A stretch of DNA of 5,146 bases from Candidatus Jordarchaeales archaeon (lineage in GTDB: Archaea; Asgardarchaeota; Jordiarchaeia; Jordiarchaeales; Freyrarchaeaceae), in assembly GCA_038858525.1 (NCBI GenBank), contig JAWCFL010000027.1:1-5146 (forward strand). The letters run 5' to 3'. The position numbers were made by a program, and so were the translations under genes. Each line of letters opens with the position of its first letter. Position 1 is the first letter of the stretch. Shown one piece after another: positions 1-5,146 of this stretch. The notes beneath the pieces were generated by a model. That model did no database searches, was not told the origin of the DNA, and worked only from the letters and a program-made list of their open reading frames with translations.

Positions 1-419
1 ACTTCCTTGAATGCTCATGAACCCTGAACGGAATCGTGATGTGTCCTTTGTGCGTAGCCAGCCTTACGCATCCCCAACTGAACCAGAACAGGTGGGCGTC
101 GTCCAAAAGAATGCTTATCTTTTCAACTCTTGGAGGACCAATTTCCTTTCTCCTCTTCCTAGAGAGCCTCCTGTAGGACTTGAACATGCTTAGAGCCAGC
201 GTTATAGCCGTATAAACATAATGAGAGGGGTAGTTCGGGTACTTTGCCCTCAGCTCCTTGTAGATTGCTTCGTGGAGCCTCCTGCGCGAGGTCACGTTTA
301 AACGTATAGCCCTATCCAGACACGCTTCAACCATTTCAGAGTAGGCCTTGAAAAGATCCTCAAGTTGCCGCTTGCCCCTCTTCGGGCTCAAGCTTGAACC
401 TGCAAGTCTCATTCAGCAA
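1..419 (-). CDS. tnpB: TnpB (IS200/IS605/IS607 OrfB, RNA-guided nuclease family), 5' part only; probable frameshift near the start
   Basis: Manual translation gives a stop-free frame from ATG at 412 to position 2 (137 codons): ...LEDLFKAYSEMVEACLDRAIRLNVTSRRRLHEAIYKELRAKYPNYPSHYVYTAITLALSMFKSYRRLSRKRRKEIGPPRVEKISILLDDAHLFWFSWGCVRLATHKGHITIPFRVHEHSRK. This resembles archaeal TnpB N-termini (LHxxxYxELRxKYPxxPSHYVYTA). The TnpB-like first residues (MLNETCRFKLEPEEGQAAT, TTG at 419) are in another frame ending at TGA 360-362. The RuvC domain is outside the window, so it cannot be assessed. Confidence 0.82.
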
Positions 420-1040
420 TAAGCTGCCTGACACCCTCAACAACCTCTTTATACTTGTGGCTCCTCAAACCATAGAGCTTTCCTGCAAAGCCAGAAACCA
501 AAGCTACAAGGTCCTCTACAAGCTCTTGATAGGCATCTTTAGGCTCCTCACCATCAACTTCGATTTTCACGTTGTGAGGGGCGAAGTAGCGCTCTAGGTA
601 TTTGAAGCCGAACCTCGTAATCCTATCCTTAAAGGCTATTATGACAGCTCCTACCTCTCTTTTCTCGACTATATCAAAGATCTTGTTCAGGGACTTTCTG
701 TTCTCGTTGAGTCCGCTTGCCACGTCCTCTAAGACCGCGACAACCTCATACCCCTTCGATCTGGCGTAACTCAGTAAACTTTGCTTCTGCCCCTCTAAAT
801 CATCCTTCTGTTTCTGGTCATGAGGGGGGAAACTCTGGTATAAATCACGGCTTTTTTGGGCATGTCTGTTTTAGCGATGCCCGTCAAACGTTCAACTTCA
901 CTCTCAGGTATTCTCCTCTTACCACCAACGGTCCTAGCAACTCTAATCTTCCCCTGCCTATCCTATTTTCTAAGCGTATTTGGATGGATGCCTAATCTCT
1001 CGCAGGCTTCGCTGAGCGTCAGCAACCTCTCAATTATCAT
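409..1040 (-). pseudogene. tnpA: IS607-family serine transposase/resolvase TnpA, disrupted
   Basis: From ATG 1040: MIIERLLTLSEACERLGIHPNTLRK*DRQGKIRVARTVGGKRRIPESEVERLTG (MerR-like HTH; TAG at 963-965 where Trp is expected). It continues ...KAVIYTRVS, shifts frame at the G6 run (824-829), then reads HDQKQKDDLEGQ...EDVASGLNENRKSL...KDRITRFG...ELVEDLVALVSGFAGKLYGLRSHK to TGA 409-411. The 104-aa ORF in the track is only the C-terminal part. Confidence 0.93.
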
Positions 1041-1046
1041 ACAAAT

Positions 1047-1076
1047 AAGTGTTAAGAAAAGTTATATAAAGTTATC
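1047..1076. repeat. Three 10-bp-phased imperfect direct repeats in the IS left-end region
   Basis: AAGTGTTAAG (1047-1056), AAAAGTTATA (1057-1066), TAAAGTTATC (1067-1076). GTTA falls at 1051, 1061 and 1071, and AAAGTTAT is exact at 1058 and 1068. Confidence 0.55.
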
Positions 1077-1078
1077 TA
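1063..1078 (-). promoter_or_regulatory. Probable archaeal TATA box (with upstream BRE region) of tnpA; likely leaderless transcript
   Basis: Minus-strand TTTATATA at 1070-1063 ends 22 nt before the tnpA ATG. No ribosome-binding site lies in between. Confidence 0.6.
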
Positions 1079-1084
1079 TTCAGG

Positions 1085-1163
1085 AACTGATGCAAACCCT
1101 TTCAGTTAGATGAGAAAGAATATCGGATATTTGAATATGGGTCCTAGCGTTCCATACTTCAAA
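1085..1163. repeat. Cluster of short inverted repeats between the IS and the membrane-protein gene
   Basis: AACTGA(1085-1090)-11 nt-TCAGTT(1102-1107); AATATC-G-GATATT (1119-1131); TTTGAATATGG(1130-1140)-11 nt-CCATACTTCAAA(1152-1163, one bulged C). Confidence 0.5.
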
Positions 1164-1229
1164 TTCAAGTGATGCAGAGTTTACTGGCTGGGCGAAGGAA
1201 AAAGAGGAGGAAGGTTGTTTCCCCCCGGT

Positions 1230-1808
1230 TTATCTTCTTCTCCAGTATCCGCCTAGTAATGCCAGGAAGAGTATGACGACCATGAGGGCGGATACGCATG
1301 TGATTATTGGTCCTAAGGGTATCTGAAATGTTGCCAAGTAGACTGGAATGTCGCGGTATAGTATAGTGTAGCGCCACTCGCCCTGGTAAATATAGAAGTA
1401 ATATGCGTAGGGAACTTTGAGAGCAATATAGTTTATCGACGCGCCTATCCTGCCTGCAAGGTAGAGAAATGAGGATGTTAGCGTCACGCTGCTCCCAAAG
1501 ACTGCTAGTCCTTCATTGATCGCGTATTCTCCTGATACGAAGGTGAGAAAGACGCCTATTATGCCTATTATGCCTCCGACTAGGCACACTATGTTGTTCA
1601 GTGACCCAAACCAGATGCTCAGGTCGACTATAGTGCCGAAGATCGTCGTCTGTATAGTGATCGTAGGTATTAAGAGCCCTAGCAGCATTAGTATGGAGAA
1701 GACCATTCCCACGAGCTCCCATCTAATCCCTCTTCTCGGCAAGCTACGCACCACCAATACTTTGATAGTGAAGGTAGTGTTGGCTTCAGAAAAATGTTTC
1801 CACCTCAC
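1230..1808 (-). CDS. Hypothetical integral membrane protein, about 4 TM helices; start may be TTG at 1742 (170 aa)
   Basis: Four hydrophobic segments (LVGMVFSILMLLGLLIPTITI; IVCLVGGIIGIIGVFLTFV; LAVFGSSVTLTSSFLYLAG; LGPIITCVSALMVVILFLALLGGYW) and a C-terminal RRR positive-inside tail. A GGTGGTG RBS-like motif lies 6 nt upstream of the in-frame TTG at 1742. I do not recognise the family. Confidence 0.75.
   Translation of the reverse strand: MRWKHFSEANTTFTIKVLVVRSLPRRGIRWELVGMVFSILMLLGLLIPTITIQTTIFGTIVDLSIWFGSLNNIVCLVGGIIGIIGVFLTFVSGEYAINEGLAVFGSSVTLTSSFLYLAGRIGASINYIALKVPYAYYFYIYQGEWRYTILYRDIPVYLATFQIPLGPIITCVSALMVVILFLALLGGYWRRR
1554..1575. repeat. 9-bp tandem repeat (GCCTATTAT x2.4) inside the membrane-protein gene
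   Basis: GCCTATTAT GCCTATTAT GCCT; it keeps the frame and encodes GGIIGIIG in TM2. Confidence 0.6.
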
Positions 1809-1957
1809 ACGTTCTACCGTAGCAGTATTATTTTGTTTTTAGTTGCGTATTTTATTGGATGTGCCGCTTTCTGTTTCTAGAAACGCTTAACACTCTGGAT
1901 TACTTGGCGACCAGGAGGACCAGCGTTAGTGTTCTCGAGAAGCTTTGAGGGGGATCA

Positions 1958-2481
1958 ATGGAGGTTGTCATCCGGGTGAAAGTGGGCGGAAGTGAGTTTT
2001 ACGTTGCAGATAAGTGAGTTTGGAGAAGCAGTTGAGGAAAATAGTTACCCGACGGTTTTCTGGGACACCGGTCCTTCCGGTGCTGAGGCCTTCTATGAGA
2101 TGTGAATGGTCGGCTTATGGTTTATCAAGAAGGCTGAAAAGGGAGTGAAGGCTTCTTACAGCTTTTTAGAGAACGGCTACATGAAATACGGAGAAATCTT
2201 ACCTGACGTTCCAGTAGTTTACCTTGCATCAACTGCTGGCGGCAGAAGGGTGCGGCAGCTATTGTCGCACTTGGTTCTTGGGGGATGCCTTACGAGGTGG
2301 GTTCGGCTCTTCGAAGGAAATGAGGCATTTGTTCAGAACAGAGGTGAAGCCGCTTTACGGCTTTTCAAGTTCGAAGCTTTATGAGGCGCAAGCGCTACTT
2401 ACTACAGTTTCGCTGGGGGGTAGTGCACGTGTATATTCCAGTTTGAGTCAGAACTCCCTTAACATTGGGAGGTGCTGGTAG
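1958..2481 (+). pseudogene. Probable decayed protein-coding remnant, family not identified
   Basis: GAGGGGG RBS then ATG 1958: MEVVIRVKVGGSEFYVAD, frameshift near 2010, then SEFGEAVEENSYPTVFWDTGPSGAEAFYEM*MVGLWFIKKAEKGVKASYSFLENGYMKYGEILPDVPVVYLASTAGG (TGA 2103-2105 in frame with the 92-aa ORF). A second shift near 2245 probably leads to QKGAAAIVALGSWGMPYEVGSALRRK*. Composition is protein-like across the segments, but the 3' limit is uncertain. Confidence 0.45.
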
Positions 2482-2626
2482 CGGAGAGGTGCTCGTTAAG
2501 CCTAAAACGCTCGCACTACACGCTTAACAGTCGCTCCTAATAGCAGATGTGAAGCGTTGAAGATGAACTTGGTGTCACTGGCAGCGTTTTTAGCGTCTAA
2601 TGGTGCTTCTGGTTTAATCCTGATTT

Positions 2627-3847
2627 TTATATTATGAGAAGTTGTGATGTGACGAAAAGCGATATTGTGATGGAGAGATCTGCGAATGATGTTATAATGG
2701 GGATTGTCACGTTGTCGGGGTTTATGCCTCTCCTGAATGTTAGGATAGTCAGTCCGAGCGAGATGATGATTATTGGTGTCACTACTATAAATTCAGCGCA
2801 TGCGATGATCAGGAAAGGACGAATAAATTGGATGAGAGATTGCGTGTAGGCGATCGAGGTTGCAAGCGCAGCGCTCATTATTAAGGTAAGCCCGGCTGTT
2901 AAGGAGCTGAGCACCACTTTTCTCTCCTCTTTCCCCTTAATACTACTCATCTGTGGCTCTATGTAACCTAGGGCTAGCCTCGCCGTTGTCGCTGACGAGA
3001 TGACCACCCCCATGTCCCCAGTGCTGTCTATTAGGAGCGGGTAAACGGCTAAAAGTTGAGGGTTTGCTACTATCTGGTCCTCTAGCTGTGACAGGAAGCT
3101 TCCCGTAATCTGGCTGAGGAGGGTGAGTAGGAGGGCTACTGGAAAGCCTTCCCTAAAGGTTTCTCTGAATCCCTCCTCTCTCCAATGTTTTAGTGTTAAA
3201 AATATTGTGACTGCAACGAAGAGGGGGAGCATGATTAGGGAGAGAGTGATGAAAAACCCGCTCCAGAAGATTTTGATAAGTACAAGCAGAGTGTAAATGG
3301 AGCTTATTAGTATGTCATTGATTGTGGACATGATGGGGTAGAGTATCATGTCCGGGTTAAGTCCTTTTTTGTATGAGGATATCGCTATTAATGGTGTAAT
3401 GAGTTGCGCCATTGTGGAGCAGGTCATCATTGCAATGATAGATAAGGAGAGGGAATCCGTCAGGCTGAGGCTACTTCCATGTATGGCGTTCACTATAAGA
3501 AACGAAAGGATGCCTATCACGATGGAGAAAATGAAGCTCATAACAAAGGTGCTTGTAATTGTGGCGTAGAAGTAGCGTGTGTTGTTCCTAAATGTCGGCT
3601 TCATAAGACCCGTGTAGAGAGAGGTGCTAAGCCTCCCACACAAGATGCCTCCAATGTTCCCTCTTATTGTCAAGAGAGGTGGGAGCAGAACTAGGATCCA
3701 AGGGTTCATTGAAGTGTATGCTGATAATGTTGCCACTATGGCGCCAGCTACTATCCCGGATAAGTTGAAGGTTTGAGAGGAGAGAGACTGCAGGAAGAGC
3801 CGTTTGAACGTGGCCTTCGTCAGTAACTCTGTCCCCAAAGGAATCAT
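2627..3847 (-). CDS. mgtE: MgtE/SLC41-family divalent cation (Mg2+) transporter, two tandem MgtE membrane domains, no cytosolic N/CBS domains (archaeal COG1824-type)
   Basis: 406 aa, highly hydrophobic. Both repeats carry the SLC41/MgtE motifs: P56-X6-GN (PPLLTIRGN), P165-D-X4-P-X6-D178 (PDMILYPIMSTIND), P270-X6-GD (PLLIDSTGD) and P377-D-X4-P-X6-D390 (PDNVTIPIITSFAD). A GGTG RBS-like motif lies just upstream of ATG 3847. Confidence 0.9.
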   Translation of the reverse strand: MIPLGTELLTKATFKRLFLQSLSSQTFNLSGIVAGAIVATLSAYTSMNPWILVLLPPLLTIRGNIGGILCGRLSTSLYTGLMKPTFRNNTRYFYATITSTFVMSFIFSIVIGILSFLIVNAIHGSSLSLTDSLSLSIIAMMTCSTMAQLITPLIAISSYKKGLNPDMILYPIMSTINDILISSIYTLLVLIKIFWSGFFITLSLIMLPLFVAVTIFLTLKHWREEGFRETFREGFPVALLLTLLSQITGSFLSQLEDQIVANPQLLAVYPLLIDSTGDMGVVISSATTARLALGYIEPQMSSIKGKEERKVVLSSLTAGLTLIMSAALATSIAYTQSLIQFIRPFLIIACAEFIVVTPIIIISLGLTILTFRRGINPDNVTIPIITSFADLSITISLFVTSQLLII

Positions 3848-3897
3848 CTCCCACCAAAGTTGTCACCCCGGGCTTAGCTCATACGGAAACCACCCGC

Positions 3898-3913
3898 TAT
3901 ATTTATTTTTCTT
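3898..3913 (-). promoter_or_regulatory. Candidate BRE/TATA promoter of the MgtE-like gene
   Basis: Minus strand reads AAGAAAAATAAATATA (purine-rich BRE then TAAATATA), about 50 nt upstream of ATG 3847. Confidence 0.5.
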
Positions 3914-3944
3914 TAGGAAACTTGCTTTCCTTGGCGTTGTTGTT

Positions 3945-3998
3945 GAGGCGCTTAAAAAGGGGAAGGGTGTCTCGCGGCTTTTCTGTTTTGTGGAGGTG
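3945..3998 (+). promoter_or_regulatory. Candidate TATA box (CGCTTAAAAA, 3949-3958) and RBS (GGAGGTG, 3992-3998) of the PfkB kinase gene
   Basis: A strong GGAGGTG lies 6 nt before the in-frame TTG at 4005. TTAAAAA lies about 50 nt upstream of the start. Confidence 0.6.
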
Positions 3999-4004
3999 TG
4001 GTGC

Positions 4005-4943
4005 TTGGATGTTGTATGCTTCGGAGAAATCATAGCTGACTTCGTTCCCGTAGAGGAAGGGGTCTTTAAGGTATGCTTTGGTGGCGCCCCGATGAATACA
4101 GCTATCGCTTGCTCCCGCTTGGGCTTAGATGTGGCTGCGATAGCTGCTGTTGGACGTGACCCCTTCGGCGAGTTTCTGCTGGAAACACTAAAGGCCAACC
4201 GTGTCAACGCTGAGAGGGTGAGAGTTACAGGTTACAGGACAACGCTAGCCTTCGTCTCCTCCCTAAAGGGGGAGAACACCTTCTTCTTCTACAGGCGTCC
4301 GTGGGTGGTTTCAGCCGACACTGAAATCAAGCTGGACGAGGGAGACCTGGCTTTGGCTTCTAATGCGGCAGTCTTCCACTTCACCGGGCTCCCTCTATCA
4401 TATAGTCCTTTAAGGGGGGACGCGCTGAAAATGGCTGAAGAGCTCAGAAGGAGAGGCGTTACCATTTCGTTCGACCCAACTTATAGGCCTGACTCCTGGG
4501 AGGGTGAGGATGAGGCGAGGAAAGCCATGCTTGAGGCTGTATCTAGATCTGATGTAGTCCTGGCTACGATTAGAGAATACCGTCTTCTTTTCGGGGAAAT
4601 AGGGCTCGAAGAGATCGTTAAGGAGTGCGCGAAGATGAAGGTGGGATTAGTTGGCGTGAAGATGGGCGCGCATGGCTCAGCCTTAGGTGACCGCTCGTCG
4701 CTCTGGGCCATGGAAGCGTATCCGGTGGAAGTAATCGACACCGTTGGGGCGGGGGACGCTTGGAATGCTGGTGTCATATATGGGCTCGTCAAACGCCTCC
4801 CACTCAACGAAACAATTAAAATAGCGAATGCGACAGCAGCATTAAAGTGTACTTCTCGCGGAGCAGTAGATGGCCTCCCCACACTGAACCAAGTAAAAAG
4901 CTTCCTAGAAAGACAAAGACTAGAGCCGCGAAAAATCATGTAG
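4005..4943 (+). CDS. PfkB/ribokinase-family carbohydrate kinase (fructokinase / 2-keto-3-deoxygluconate kinase-like), 312 aa
   Basis: N-terminus MDVVCFGEIIADF. PfkB signature 1 is GGAPMNTAIACSRLG...AVGRDPFG, followed by SFDPTYRP, VKMGAHG, and signature 2 DTVGAGD (4737-4757) with the anion hole and catalytic Asp. The extra 67 codons of the 3804 ORF overlap the divergent gene and the promoter region, so the start is set at TTG 4005. Substrate cannot be determined from sequence alone. Confidence 0.93.
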   Translation: MDVVCFGEIIADFVPVEEGVFKVCFGGAPMNTAIACSRLGLDVAAIAAVGRDPFGEFLLETLKANRVNAERVRVTGYRTTLAFVSSLKGENTFFFYRRPWVVSADTEIKLDEGDLALASNAAVFHFTGLPLSYSPLRGDALKMAEELRRRGVTISFDPTYRPDSWEGEDEARKAMLEAVSRSDVVLATIREYRLLFGEIGLEEIVKECAKMKVGLVGVKMGAHGSALGDRSSLWAMEAYPVEVIDTVGAGDAWNAGVIYGLVKRLPLNETIKIANATAALKCTSRGAVDGLPTLNQVKSFLERQRLEPRKIM

Positions 4944-4995
4944 CCCCAAACGTAAACAAGCAAGCAAACTGGCTCCCGGAAAGCTTACCCCGAAG

Positions 4996-5018
4996 CGCTT
5001 ATCACATAGTGTTAAGCG
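4996..5018. repeat. 23-bp imperfect palindrome (possible operator or hairpin)
   Basis: CGCTTATCAC-ATA-GTGTTAAGCG: 10-bp arms with one mismatch, followed by an A7 run at 5019-5025. Confidence 0.55.
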
Positions 5019-5062
5019 AAAAAAAGACGCAACGACGATAAATTAACGACTACCAATACAGG

Positions 5063-5080
5063 TTTCTTTTATCTTTCTCT
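5063..5080 (+). terminator. Possible archaeal oligo-T terminator region downstream of the kinase gene
   Basis: Pyrimidine/T-rich TTTCTTTTATCTTTCTCT about 120 nt after the stop, with more T-runs at 5133-5138 and 5142-5146. Confidence 0.3.
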
Positions 5081-5091
5081 ATAAATTTTCG
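5078..5091 (-). promoter_or_regulatory. Candidate BRE/TATA (CGAAAA-TTTATAGA) pointing back toward the kinase 3' end
   Basis: Close match to the archaeal BRE-TATA consensus on the minus strand. No convincing gene follows it within the window. Confidence 0.35.
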
Positions 5092-5146
5092 ATTAACCTG
5101 CAAGTTTCATCCGGGGACTGTAGACACCGGCATTTTTTGGATTTTT

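Larger units (their letters stand above)
1..1100 (-). mobile_element. IS607-family insertion sequence (tnpA serine transposase + tnpB), left part, decaying; continues beyond the left window edge
   Basis: Overlapping tnpA-tnpB pair on the minus strand. TnpA has an N-terminal MerR-like HTH plus a serine-recombinase domain, which defines IS607-type rather than HUH IS200/IS605 elements. The right coordinate (element left end) is an estimate, placed just past the tnpA promoter and phased repeats. Confidence 0.85.

Noticed and set aside
821-833. Programmed ribosomal frameshift at TTTCCCCCC in tnpA
   Set aside because: The run is not in canonical X-XXY-YYZ phase, the upstream TAG already truncates the protein, and IS607 tnpA is not known to need frameshifting. 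Homopolymer slippage is simpler.
11-1113. Plus-strand ORFs 11-193, 394-597, 717-995 and 856-1113
   Set aside because: Antisense shadows of tnpB and tnpA.
1165-1842. ORFs 1165-1377, 1513-1722 and 1516-1842
   Set aside because: Alternative-frame or antisense overlaps of the membrane-protein gene with no protein-like signature.
2066-2082. Hairpin CACCGG-TCCTT-CCGGTG
   Set aside because: A 6-bp stem inside the putative coding remnant, at chance level.
2634-3866. ORFs 2634-2849, 3348-3569, 3479-3694 and 3627-3866
   Set aside because: Shadows of the MgtE-like gene.
3804-4004. N-terminal 67 codons of the 379-aa ORF
   Set aside because: They overlap the divergent MgtE-like start and the promoter region. 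The family N-terminus and a strong RBS point to TTG 4005.
4481-4963. 160-aa minus-strand ORF, plus the 114-aa ORF at 3863-4207
   Set aside because: Antisense shadows of the kinase gene, Ser/Ala/Pro/Thr-rich, with no recognisable motifs.
5095-5110. 15/16-nt match (AACCTGCAAGTTTCAT) to 397-412 (AACCTGCAAGTCTCAT) at the tnpA/tnpB junction
   Set aside because: A rough estimate gives about 0.15-0.3 such matches by chance in a 5-kb self-comparison. The match does not extend, and the junction is not an element end or a guide region.
1-5146. CRISPR array, tRNA, rRNA, C/D-box sRNA, TnpB omegaRNA
   Set aside because: No regularly spaced repeats or cloverleaf were found. RTGATGA-like boxes occur only within the MgtE-like gene. 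The omegaRNA would lie at the tnpB 3' end, outside the window.

Overview
Archaeal-looking DNA: GGTG/GGAGGTG ribosome-binding sites, BRE/TATA-like promoters, and AGG/AGA and ATA codons. The left ~1.1 kb is the left part of a decaying IS607-family element on the minus strand. Its serine-transposase gene tnpA (409-1040) has an in-frame TAG and a frameshift. It is followed by the 5' part of tnpB, which runs off the left edge; the ORF track misses it because its stop lies outside the window. tnpB probably has a 2-nt deletion near its start, and an overlapping out-of-frame ATG could bypass it. Next come an orphan 4-TM membrane protein with a Tyr-rich loop (1230-1808, minus) and an ~800-bp gap holding what looks like a heavily decayed, unidentified gene. 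The right half has two intact divergent genes: a single-chain, internally duplicated MgtE/SLC41-type divalent cation transporter (2627-3847, minus) and a PfkB-family sugar kinase (4005-4943, plus). I found no CRISPR array, tRNA or rRNA. I cannot support a clearly new system from this window alone. The best leads are the tnpA-dead/tnpB-mostly-open state, the phased repeats at the element end, the orphan membrane protein and the decayed gene.
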